DNA of 20,421 nucleotides from Candidatus Fraserbacteria bacterium (GCA_037442925.1 JBBIPG010000040.1:1-20421); one strand, 5' to 3'. Numbered from the stretch's first letter, positions 8,238 to 16,492 are shown. Program-made: numbers and translations. The notes: a model not told the origin generated them from the sequence alone.

Positions 8238-8330
8238 CCTTCGGCAGCCCGGCGACCATTGTGTACCCCTTTACGCCTTAGGCCCGTGGCTTTGCGTCCC
8301 CAGCTTTCGCTGGGTTTGCCTTTTCGGGTC
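8238..8330 (-). ncRNA. c-di-GMP-I (GEMM-I) riboswitch aptamer
   Basis: Minus strand GACCCGAAAAGGCAAACCCAGCGAAAGCTGGGGACGCAAAGCCACGGGCCTAAGG...ATGGTCGCCGGGCTGCCGAAGG. It has GGCAAAC, a P2 GAAA tetraloop, GGACGCAAAGCC, a CCTAA/ATGG tetraloop receptor and a GGGCTGCCGA 3' end, and lies just downstream of a promoter and upstream of a CDS. Confidence 0.93.
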
Positions 8331-8341
8331 TTTCACCAAAC

Positions 8342-8370
8342 ACTATAATATAAGTCACAAAAAATGTCAA
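8342..8370 (-). promoter_or_regulatory. sigma70 promoter of the riboswitch-led operon
   Basis: TTGACA (8365-8370), 17 bp, TATAGT (8342-8347). The predicted start near 8335 is just before the aptamer. Confidence 0.85.
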
Positions 8371-8397
8371 GGGGGGGGGAAGAAATAGATACGCGTA

Positions 8398-9348
8398 CTA
8401 CCGCTTGGGATGTTGCTCAAAGAACTCCCACAGCAGTTCTGTTGCTGAGATCTCCTGAGTTGGGTGCTCTCCGCGCGTAGCCCCGGGCCAGGCGTGACCT
8501 CCATTGACGACCGTATACAGCACAACATCAGCATTGTTAGCACAGTGACTGTACGTTTCTTTGATGATGTTGCCACTCCGCGAGACTTCTCTCTCTGGGA
8601 TCAGTGAGCACCGATTCGCCGCAACCCAGAACGAAATGGACTGGTTCACAGAAAGGTCGATCCTCTCTCCCGATGTGCTTAGTCCGTGCCCACCGTCGTA
8701 TAGCACGTGGCTGTCCAGTTTTCCGTGGAACGCCGCCACGGCGACAGGCTCGCTGGGCTCTGGGATTATGACCAAGGGAGAAGCAGGTGAAACTCTTCCG
8801 CCAATCGTGCCGGCTACAGGAGCAATGGCTGCAAGAACATCTGATAGTTCAGCCCCCAGTCGATAGGCCATCATGGCGCCGTTGGAGTGTCCGGTCGCGT
8901 AGATGCGTGTGGGATCGATGTTCAGCTGTGATTGTAGTTTATCAATCAATGCGCGGATGAAGCCCACATCGTTGACTCGGTTCTCTAGAGCATATCCGCA
9001 GCAGTGTCCTGCATTCCATGTCAACACTCGATCTCGCAGCACGCCCGTTCCATTGGGATATACGACGATGAAACCCTCTTGGTCGGCCTCGGTGCTCACG
9101 CCGTACGTCCTCGCTGCTCCTTGCGCGTTCCCACCTCCACCGTGGAGAAAGATCACTAGAGGCAAAGGCTCTTGGCCAGTATAAGAGGGCGGCACGTGCA
9201 GGATGTATGTGCGCGTTCGCCCCTCAAAGGAGAGTTCGCCTTGGGAATCTCCTGGTGCAGACGGTTGCGAATGCACCGAGGAAAGGCAGCTCTGCAGGCC
9301 GACTAAGACAACCAAGAGTCCCACAAATACGAAGATCCATCGAGGCAT
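8398..9348 (-). CDS. Secreted alpha/beta-hydrolase, LpqC / PHB-depolymerase family esterase
   Basis: PLVIFLHGGGG, FIVVYPNG, WNAGHCCG, nucleophile elbow TGHSNGA, FHGKLD and GGHAWPG; hydrophobic signal with a possible lipobox LQSC. Confidence 0.9.
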   Translation of the reverse strand: MPRWIFVFVGLLVVLVGLQSCLSSVHSQPSAPGDSQGELSFEGRTRTYILHVPPSYTGQEPLPLVIFLHGGGGNAQGAARTYGVSTEADQEGFIVVYPNGTGVLRDRVLTWNAGHCCGYALENRVNDVGFIRALIDKLQSQLNIDPTRIYATGHSNGAMMAYRLGAELSDVLAAIAPVAGTIGGRVSPASPLVIIPEPSEPVAVAAFHGKLDSHVLYDGGHGLSTSGERIDLSVNQSISFWVAANRCSLIPEREVSRSGNIIKETYSHCANNADVVLYTVVNGGHAWPGATRGEHPTQEISATELLWEFFEQHPKR

Positions 9349-9357
9349 TTTCTTGAT

Positions 9358-10164
9358 TCACCCCTCGGTGAGTTCCCGCGCAGCTTGGTCTAGCAGGGTC
9401 TTCAGATCGCTGGCGATTCTGATGATCTCTTGTGTGGCTTGGTCTGAGGCAATGGCATCCCTCAAGCGACTGAAATGCTCTAACACCGGCTCCAGTAGCC
9501 CGATGGATTCGAGTTGCGCGTAGAGGCTATTCTCTTGTGCTTCACCGGATCTGAATTCGCCAATGACCGCATCGAGCAGCTGTAGGGAATCTTCTCGGGC
9601 TTGCTGTCTCACGCGGAGCACGGCGGCATTGATCCGAGCTTGCAGATTGAAGATCTGCCCCACGGGCCCAAGCAGTTCTTCTATCGTCGGCATGACGGAT
9701 TGCCCTGCTGGAGAAACCCCCTGACTCAGGGGCTTTGTCCCTGGACCCGTGGCCTCTTTGACGATGATGCGACCCACCATGCCAGAATCCTCGTGAGGGA
9801 TGCAGAAGTAGTCGTGCACTCCGATGGCTTCAAACGTGAGTTCGTATGACTCGCCGATCTCGTGTAGCAGTTCCGAGTTCCATGGCTGCGCGTCTTCCGG
9901 GATGCGTAGCTCTTTGTCATACTGTGGGTGATAGGCTGTGGCACTATGTCCGTCGGCGAGATGATCTTCCAGCATCAGCCATATGACGTGATCGCCCGGC
10001 TGGAGGAAGAGACCCGGCGGATCAAAATAAAAGTCATACATCTCGACGACGTACAGCGTCCCATTGACGTTCTCTGCTGTGATGGCGGTCGCTCCGCCTA
10101 AGACCAAGAGACACAGTAGGAAACCGATCCTGAACAGGCCCAGCCAATGGCGCAATTCGTTCAT
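9358..10164 (-). CDS. Exported plastocyanin/halocyanin-type blue copper (cupredoxin) protein with C-terminal helical extension
   Basis: FYFDPPGLFLQPGDHV, GHSATAYH and YFCIPHEDSGMVG provide type-1 Cu ligands (His...Cys-x2-His-x4-Met). Signal peptide present; the ATG overlaps the upstream stop (ATGA). Confidence 0.88.
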   Translation of the reverse strand: MNELRHWLGLFRIGFLLCLLVLGGATAITAENVNGTLYVVEMYDFYFDPPGLFLQPGDHVIWLMLEDHLADGHSATAYHPQYDKELRIPEDAQPWNSELLHEIGESYELTFEAIGVHDYFCIPHEDSGMVGRIIVKEATGPGTKPLSQGVSPAGQSVMPTIEELLGPVGQIFNLQARINAAVLRVRQQAREDSLQLLDAVIGEFRSGEAQENSLYAQLESIGLLEPVLEHFSRLRDAIASDQATQEIIRIASDLKTLLDQAARELTEG

Positions 10165-11462
10165 TGTATGAAGCCCAGCTTCTCGAACGATCCTTCGAGG
10201 ATCTCTTTGGAGTCGGCTTGTAACCAGTCTTCGAGAATCGTCGCGTAGACTTGGCGGAAGTCGACCGTGTGGATGAGGTCGCCGTTGTTATCCAGTTGAT
10301 TCAGACTGGGATATTCGCTATGCAGTCCACCCTTCACTCTATTGCCGAGGATGAACATCGGGGCGGCGGTGCCGTGATCTGTGCCGAGGCTTCCATTCTC
10401 GCGCACGCGACGACCAAACTCCGAGAAGGTCATGAGGAGAACCTCATCGGCGATGTTGTGCTCGACCAAATCGCGATAGAAGGCATCGAGACCCGAATCG
10501 ATGTACTGAAGGAGTAGGGGGTGGTTGACGTTGTCGGTATTTTGATTGGCATGGGTATCGAAGCCGCCGATGGCGACATGCATCACTTGAGTGCCGAGCC
10601 CTCCGGTGAGGATCTGCGCGACTAACTTAAGTCCCTGTGCGAAGGGGTCCGTGGGATACTGCACCGAGCTTGAGTATTTGGAAGCTGCTTCTTGCAGGTC
10701 GGCTGCGCTCTCGACGGCCTTGAGTCCGGAGTTGACCAGAAAGCTGAGATAGGGATCATCCGCAACCGTCTGGCTGTGGATGCGTTGGAACGTCGCTACC
10801 CGTGTCTCGCGGTCTTGGGGATAGCGGGAGTCCGTCTGGAACTGATAACTTTCCAAGCTCTGAATGGACGGCACAACCACTTGGTCGCCCCGTAAGGTGA
10901 GCGGCAGAGTCCCCTGCACGTTCGCCGCCGGGAACGATGCGCCATGGAAACGCGCAATGGAGTGATCGAGATAGCGTCCGATCCAGCCGGTTCCCACGAC
11001 CTTCTCCGGCTGCGCACTCATCCAGATGTCAGTGGAACGGAAGTGGCTGCGGTTGGCGTTGGGATAACCCACACCTTGCACAATGGCCAACTTCCCTTGA
11101 TCATACAGCTTTTTGAAGTTGACGAGCTTGGGGTGCAACCCGATCCCCAGGTTCTCATCGAGAGCCAAAACTTGCTCGTCGGCTACGGCAAGACGAGGGC
11201 GGGCTTCATAGTAGAGGCTGTTTTTGTACGGGATGACGGTGTTGAGTCCATCGTTGCCGCCATTGAGCTGCACGATCACAAGGAGCTTGTTGCTGTTAGA
11301 TGTCGTGCTGGCTTGGGCAAAGACGGAATTGTAGCTTGGATTGACTTGCATCATCATGTAGCGGGACATCAAGCTGAGCGAGATGAAGGTCACCCCACGC
11401 TTGAGTAAGTCTCTTCGGGTCAGACCCTGATTCTTCTGTGCTGGCTTCGTCTTTGCATTCAT
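10161..11462 (-). CDS. DUF1501 family protein with Tat signal
   Basis: TRRDLLK twin-arginine motif; LVIVQLNGGNDGLNTVIP, NRSHFRS, GGFDTHANQ, FSEFGRR, GTDHG and DFRQVYA. Confidence 0.92.
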   Translation of the reverse strand: MNAKTKPAQKNQGLTRRDLLKRGVTFISLSLMSRYMMMQVNPSYNSVFAQASTTSNSNKLLVIVQLNGGNDGLNTVIPYKNSLYYEARPRLAVADEQVLALDENLGIGLHPKLVNFKKLYDQGKLAIVQGVGYPNANRSHFRSTDIWMSAQPEKVVGTGWIGRYLDHSIARFHGASFPAANVQGTLPLTLRGDQVVVPSIQSLESYQFQTDSRYPQDRETRVATFQRIHSQTVADDPYLSFLVNSGLKAVESAADLQEAASKYSSSVQYPTDPFAQGLKLVAQILTGGLGTQVMHVAIGGFDTHANQNTDNVNHPLLLQYIDSGLDAFYRDLVEHNIADEVLLMTFSEFGRRVRENGSLGTDHGTAAPMFILGNRVKGGLHSEYPSLNQLDNNGDLIHTVDFRQVYATILEDWLQADSKEILEGSFEKLGFIQ

Positions 11463-11472
11463 GGCTCCTCCT

Positions 11473-12828
11473 TTAGTTGAGCTGGTACTCCGGCAGAGTC
11501 AGGATCAGGTGAATGAGGCCGCGAACCTGCCGGTCGATGGTCTGTGCGTTGAGTGTGAAGGGGCCATCGCTGTTCAGGTAATCGATCAAAGCTTGGCGTG
11601 TTGCGGTCGAGACTGGCAGCGGCCCAAACACATTCAAGAAGTGATCGACGATCTGCTCGGCTGTCGTTAGGTTTTGCCCCTCAAGCAACCGATTGGGATC
11701 GAATGTGGCCACGGGACCTCCGCGGGAACTGACCAGACCATTGGCGAAGTTGTAGCGCACGAGAAGCGTTGCGGTATTGATCCAGTTGAGGCCTCCATCC
11801 CAGCCGGCCACCGTCGGCGGGTTGAAGAGTGTCTGCTCCATGAGCGACATGGCGCCCAGGATGACGCGGTGAGGGGTGGCGGTGGCTTTGAGCATGCGGA
11901 TCGTTCCGATGACGAGCTCTGTGGGACTCTTGATGTTCGCGAAGAGGGCTCTTTCAGAGTAGAAGGCATTCATGAGGAGAATGTGTCGTACCACGGCCAT
12001 CATGTTGTATTGATTATTGAGATAGACATCGGCCACTTCTTCGATGAGTTCGGGTTCCGGGTTGGGGTAGACGAAGAATTCGAGAAGCTTCTTGCTCATG
12101 AAGCGAGCCGTGGCGCGGCGCTTTACGAGGATGTCCACAATATCCTCCCCGTTGAAAGCGCCCGCCTCTCCCAAGAAGGTCTTCGTGCCGTAGTCGTGTT
12201 GGCTGGAGTTGAAGAAGAATCGTCCGCGTCGAATGGTCCAGCCCGTGAAGGCGCGTGCCGACTCGTGAATGTCCTCTTCGGTGTAGTTGGGTTCGCCGGT
12301 GATCACGTCGTTGATGCCCATGGTGAAAAGCTCCATGAGCTCACGGGCATAGTTCTCATTGGGGCTGCCCTTGACGTTGGTATTGTTGTCCAGCCAGATG
12401 ATCATGGCCGGGTCTTTCGATACCTCAACGAGCATCTCGCCAAAGTTACCGAGTGCCAAGCGCCGGAAGAGTTCATTCTGTTGGAGCATGAGCTCGCGGC
12501 TGACGACCTTGCTCACGGCTGTGGCGAAGTGGTCGTGCCAGAAGAGCGTCATCTTCTCTTGGAGAGGGCGGCGGGTATGGAGCATGCGGAAGAGCCACCA
12601 TTGCTGGATTGCGGGTAATGACAAGGGCTGGCCTGCGGGTGGCTGCAAGTAGTTCTGCGCCGCCAACGCTTGCTCCATCGCGCTATCGTCGATCTGCTCG
12701 TAATGGATGAGATAATCCACCGCGCCTTCGCGGCCCAAAAGGAGCACATCATCGATCTCTTCTGGCGTGGCTCCAAAGCCGGCGCGACGTAAGAGGTGCG
12801 CAGCCTGCACTGAATTGAACTCCGACAT
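11473..12828 (-). CDS. DUF1800 family protein
   Basis: HLLRRAGFG, LQEKMTLFWHDHFAT, PNENYARELMELFTMG, ARAFTGW, PPTVAGW and PEYQLN; the usual partner of DUF1501. Confidence 0.92.
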   Translation of the reverse strand: MSEFNSVQAAHLLRRAGFGATPEEIDDVLLLGREGAVDYLIHYEQIDDSAMEQALAAQNYLQPPAGQPLSLPAIQQWWLFRMLHTRRPLQEKMTLFWHDHFATAVSKVVSRELMLQQNELFRRLALGNFGEMLVEVSKDPAMIIWLDNNTNVKGSPNENYARELMELFTMGINDVITGEPNYTEEDIHESARAFTGWTIRRGRFFFNSSQHDYGTKTFLGEAGAFNGEDIVDILVKRRATARFMSKKLLEFFVYPNPEPELIEEVADVYLNNQYNMMAVVRHILLMNAFYSERALFANIKSPTELVIGTIRMLKATATPHRVILGAMSLMEQTLFNPPTVAGWDGGLNWINTATLLVRYNFANGLVSSRGGPVATFDPNRLLEGQNLTTAEQIVDHFLNVFGPLPVSTATRQALIDYLNSDGPFTLNAQTIDRQVRGLIHLILTLPEYQLN

Positions 12829-12873
12829 CGTCTGGCCTCCTTTCGTGATGGTTACGTTCCCTGCATCACTGAA

Positions 12874-13482
12874 TTACAGACGACCCAGCTGGAGCAGCAA
12901 CGCTCGGGCGCCTCCTTCACTCAAGGGATCTTCGCTGCTGCCACGGGAAGCTATCAAGAACGCTAAAGATTGAGTTAGGTTGCGCCGTGCCGCCTCTTCG
13001 TTTCGAGTCCCTATGATCTCCCGTAGGTGATCGAGGGACTCTCGGTGATAGGCCTGAAGCATGTTGAGTGCGAAGAGCAGGGGCCGTAGACGCTCATTGG
13101 TCTGCGCGCGTGGCTCAAGCGCGCTCCTCAGACGTTCTAGATATGTACCCACTCCCACTCCGTCTGCGCCCTGGGGATCTCCTGCCTGTGCCTGATAGTC
13201 TGGGCTCTGTTTGCCCACGAGCACGTTGAGCACTCGCCCGGCGCGGAGTTTGATTTCGCCTAGTTCGTTCGCAGGTAGGGCAATGACGGCTTCGCGAATG
13301 GCCACGCTCAGTTGCTCCACGAGTTGTCGCGCCCATGCGTTGACTTCCGGGGGCAAGGTAGGGGCTTGCGCCTGGCTGGTCGCCCCCGTTGTCAAGCTGA
13401 AGAGCGATCCACCCAGCAGGATGAGGAGCACGAAGCTGGAAATTCTCTTCATCGGTTGGCGTTTGTGTTGTTGCTGCACCAT
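12874..13482 (-). CDS. Hypothetical secreted all-alpha protein
   Basis: RBS GGAAGGAG upstream; signal peptide MKRISSFVLLILLGG...AQA; helical composition; co-oriented with the operon. Confidence 0.75.
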   Translation of the reverse strand: MVQQQHKRQPMKRISSFVLLILLGGSLFSLTTGATSQAQAPTLPPEVNAWARQLVEQLSVAIREAVIALPANELGEIKLRAGRVLNVLVGKQSPDYQAQAGDPQGADGVGVGTYLERLRSALEPRAQTNERLRPLLFALNMLQAYHRESLDHLREIIGTRNEEAARRNLTQSLAFLIASRGSSEDPLSEGGARALLLQLGRL

Positions 13483-13506
13483 GGTTTATCTCCTTCCAGT
13501 CTTGTG

Positions 13507-13557
13507 AATATAGGACGTTCCACATGGGAATGCCATAGAAATCGGGTAGAAAACGGG
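13507..13557 (-). promoter_or_regulatory. Putative activator-dependent promoter with an 11-bp tandem repeat operator
   Basis: TAGAAATCGGG (13536-13546) and TAGAAAACGGG (13547-13557) lie immediately upstream of a poor -35 (TGGCAT, 13530-13535), which is 17 bp from -10 TATATT (13507-13512). Confidence 0.6.
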
Positions 13558-13564
13558 TCAAAGA

Positions 13565-14479
13565 TCAGACCTGGAGCTTATAGCCGAAGCCACGCACCGT
13601 GAGGATCAGCTGTGGCTCTTTGGGGTTTGCTTCCAGCTTCTGGCGCAGGAAGTAGATGTATTGTTTCACGTCTTGGGCTGTAGCCAGATGGCTGCCCGTC
13701 CAGACGTGCGACAAGATCTCCTCATTGGAATAGACACGGCCGGGCTCACTGGCCAATAGCCGCAGCAACTCGAATTCCTTCGGGGATAGCTCCACCCTCT
13801 GACCGCGCATGTGGACGCGCTTGCTGGCATCATCGATGGTCAGTTCGCCCAGCTGAATCATAGATGAACCGGCAGGCGCAGGAATGGATACAGAAGAGGA
13901 CGGAGTGGGTGTGGCAGAGACTGGAGCGGAAAGAGCCGGTGAGGGGAAGAAGCGGCGTGCCCAATAGATGGTAACAAAGCCTGCCAGAGCGATGAAAGCA
14001 ATGCTGATTCCCACGACGAGGACGAGCTGCGACCGAATGGCGTTCTCCAATGGCTCCAAAGCTAAGCCCAGGCGCACATAGCCATCCACGTCGGGCAGCG
14101 ACCGCCGGATATCCCAATACGCTTGAGTGGGTGATTGTTTGTGCTCGATCTGCCAGACGTCGGCAGGGGCTGTAGCTGAGGCCAGAGGTTCTGCCATGCG
14201 GCTCACTTCCGCGAGAACTTGTCCCTCGTGAATCACTTGTGCGTAGAGCACGTTCCCCAAGACGAGTGTGCCCGCCAAGAACTCGAGATCCTGGTCATTG
14301 CCCCGAGCGATGTCGAACGCGGCGCGATCCGCAAACGTCCAGGCCAGAAGTTCGGCGCGCGCGCGGAACTCCTCCGTGCGGGTCTGGATGGCGTACGAGA
14401 GGTAGATCCCACTGAAGGCTACGGTGATGAGCACCGTAAGACCCATCCAAGTCCACAAGAACCTGCTCCGCGCGGTCAT
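13565..14479 (-). CDS. Membrane-anchored transcriptional regulator: TM, periplasmic sensor, TM, Pro/Ser linker, OmpR/PhoB-type winged helix
   Basis: Two hydrophobic segments; the C-terminus LTID...VELSPKEFELLRLLASEPGRVYSNEEILSHVW...YIYFLRQKLE...ILTVRGFGYKL matches Trans_reg_C. No receiver domain. Confidence 0.88.
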   Translation of the reverse strand: MTARSRFLWTWMGLTVLITVAFSGIYLSYAIQTRTEEFRARAELLAWTFADRAAFDIARGNDQDLEFLAGTLVLGNVLYAQVIHEGQVLAEVSRMAEPLASATAPADVWQIEHKQSPTQAYWDIRRSLPDVDGYVRLGLALEPLENAIRSQLVLVVGISIAFIALAGFVTIYWARRFFPSPALSAPVSATPTPSSSVSIPAPAGSSMIQLGELTIDDASKRVHMRGQRVELSPKEFELLRLLASEPGRVYSNEEILSHVWTGSHLATAQDVKQYIYFLRQKLEANPKEPQLILTVRGFGYKLQV

Positions 14480-14505
14480 GATTGTGCTGTATCAATAATG
14501 CCTGT

Positions 14506-14535
14506 TTTATACGAGTTGAGCCCCGCTCCTGTCAA
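14506..14535 (-). promoter_or_regulatory. Putative sigma70 promoter of the regulator gene
   Basis: TTGACA (14530-14535), 18 bp, TATAAA (14506-14511) on the minus strand. Confidence 0.6.
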
Positions 14536-14561
14536 TCGAAAGCTCTGACTGATGCAAATCA

Positions 14562-14590
14562 TTGTACCCCTTGGGCGCGCATCTTATAGT
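14562..14590 (+). promoter_or_regulatory. Putative sigma70 promoter of the aspartase/fumarase gene
   Basis: TTGTAC (14562-14567), 17 bp, TATAGT (14585-14590). Confidence 0.5.
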
Positions 14591-14613
14591 GACAGGGCAA
14601 AGGGGTGTTTCGC

Positions 14614-15993
14614 ATGAGAGTTCGCACTGATCACGATTCCCTTGGAGATATTCAAGTCCCAGCGGAGGCATACTGGGGGCCTCAGACGCAGCGAGCCGTC
14701 GAGAATTTTCCGATCAGCGGCTTGCGGCTTCAACCAGCCTTCATTCGCGCGCAGGCGATCATCAAACGCGCTTGTGCCAAGGCGAACATGGAGCTGGGCC
14801 AACTCGACAAGGAGATCGGTCAAGCCATTGTGCAAGCTGCCGAGGAGATTCTCAGCGGAAGGCTGATGGATCAGTTTGTCGTAGACGTCTATCAAGCCGG
14901 AGCAGGTACTTCGCAAAACATGAACGCCAATGAAGTGATCGCCAATCGGGCCATCGAGATCTTGGGAGGCCAGAAGGGAGATTATAAGAGAGTCCACCCC
15001 AATGACCACGTGAATCGCGGACAGTCCACGAACGATACGATCCCCACGGCCATTCATATCTCCGCTTTGGAAGAGATCACTCACAAGCTCCTGCCGGCTC
15101 TTGAAGAACTGGGTCAAGCCCTGCGAACGAAGGCCAAGGAATTCGATCACATCGTAAAGTCCGGCCGGACGCACTTACAAGATGCTGTTCCCATGCGGCT
15201 GGGACAGGAGTTTGGAGCCTATGCCCGAATGACTGAACTGGGCATTGAGCGTGTCAAGACGGCAGCAAAGGATCTAAAGGAGTTGGCTCTGGGTGGCAAT
15301 GCCGTGGGCACCGGCATCAACACACCCAAAGGCTATAAGGAGCTGGCGGTCAAGTACATCAACGAGGTCACAAGACTGGACTTCCGCCCGGCGGAAGATC
15401 TGTTCGAGGCGATACAGAATCGCGATGCCATCGTGAACGTATCGGGAGCCCTGCGCACCGTGGCGACTAGCCTCATCAAGATCGCGGATGACTTGAGGTT
15501 GCTCGCCTCGGGACCAAAGACGGGCTTGAACGAGATCGTGCTGCCGGCGGCACAACCGGGAAGCTCCATCATGCCTGGAAAAGTCAACCCCGTGTTGGCC
15601 GAGATGCTCAATATGGTCTGTTATGGAGTCCTGGGCTGCGATCACGTCGTCGCGCGCACGGGCCAAGCAGGTCAGCTTGAACTTAACGTGATGATGCCCG
15701 TGATGGCGTACAACGTGCTTCACGCGATTCATATCTTGTCGACAGGTGTGACGGCCTTCACAGAGCGGTGTGTACGCGGTATCACAGCCAACGAAGAGAT
15801 ATGCAGAAAGTACGCCGAGAGCACACCGCAAGTGGTGACGGCCTTGAGCCCCTATATCGGCTACGAGAAGGCTGCCGAAGTCTTGAAAGAGGCATTGGCA
15901 AGGAACAAGACGATTCGGGAGGTCGTGCTGGAGAAGCAACTTCTCTCGAAAGATAAACTCGATGAGGCAATGGACCTTCGCAAGCTGACGTAG
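14614..15993 (+). CDS. aspA: Aspartate ammonia-lyase / class II fumarate hydratase family (closer to aspartase)
   Basis: GSSIMPGKVNP signature, GRTHLQDAVP and GQLELNV. QAGAGTS and QSTND look more aspartase-like than FumC-like (TGSGT/QSSND), but fumC is not excluded. Start ATG 14614 after AGGGGTG (GTG 14605 is an alternative). Confidence 0.8.
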   Translation: MRVRTDHDSLGDIQVPAEAYWGPQTQRAVENFPISGLRLQPAFIRAQAIIKRACAKANMELGQLDKEIGQAIVQAAEEILSGRLMDQFVVDVYQAGAGTSQNMNANEVIANRAIEILGGQKGDYKRVHPNDHVNRGQSTNDTIPTAIHISALEEITHKLLPALEELGQALRTKAKEFDHIVKSGRTHLQDAVPMRLGQEFGAYARMTELGIERVKTAAKDLKELALGGNAVGTGINTPKGYKELAVKYINEVTRLDFRPAEDLFEAIQNRDAIVNVSGALRTVATSLIKIADDLRLLASGPKTGLNEIVLPAAQPGSSIMPGKVNPVLAEMLNMVCYGVLGCDHVVARTGQAGQLELNVMMPVMAYNVLHAIHILSTGVTAFTERCVRGITANEEICRKYAESTPQVVTALSPYIGYEKAAEVLKEALARNKTIREVVLEKQLLSKDKLDEAMDLRKLT

Positions 15994-15994
15994 C

Positions 15995-16486
15995 TTATCG
16001 TTGGAGCTGCTGTGAGGAGATCGCCAAGTACGGATTGATCGGGCGGCTTTCAAATAAGGGCAGTGCGATCTCCTCATGTAAGATTTGAATGGCCTCGCGC
16101 TGGCTGCGCCAGATGAGTACCTTCAGGATTTCATCGAACTTCAGCCAGCGATACTCGTCGTGCTCTGCATTGAGCATCACTTTTCCTGCCAGCTGAGCTG
16201 CAAAGCAGGGCACAAGCTCGACGGCATCTTCTCTCTCTACATAGAAATGCTCGATAAAATCAAGTGACCAGAAGCCAATGGGTGCGAGTCCTGCCTCTTC
16301 TTTGACCTCTCGCAGGGCGGCCTGCGCGGCTGTCTCTCCCGCTTCGATCTTGCCATGCACAGCCATCCAGATGCCACCGTAATCTGGATCTCCAGCGCGG
16401 CGATGAAGAGTCAAGTACTCCGGCCCTTGGGATGTCAGTCGGAACGGATACACGCTTACGGTGCGGACCTCACTCTTTGCCATCAC
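15995..16486 (-). CDS. NUDIX hydrolase (NudB-like)
   Basis: Nudix box GKIEAGETAAQAALREVKEEAGL; C-terminal LNAEHDEYRWL motif. Confidence 0.88.
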   Translation of the reverse strand: MMAKSEVRTVSVYPFRLTSQGPEYLTLHRRAGDPDYGGIWMAVHGKIEAGETAAQAALREVKEEAGLAPIGFWSLDFIEHFYVEREDAVELVPCFAAQLAGKVMLNAEHDEYRWLKFDEILKVLIWRSQREAIQILHEEIALPLFESRPINPYLAISSQQLQR

Positions 16487-16492
16487 AAAGCT

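Noticed and set aside
8149..8388. Plus-strand 79-aa and 113-aa ORFs over the leader region
   Set aside because: The region is explained by the minus-strand promoter, riboswitch and 5' UTR.
11674..12618. Long antisense or alternate-frame ORFs (this one, 791-1489, 14584-15174, 15274-16077, 18243-18881, 19286-19945 and others)
   Set aside because: Shadow ORFs of well-supported genes in GC-rich DNA, with no recognisable motifs.
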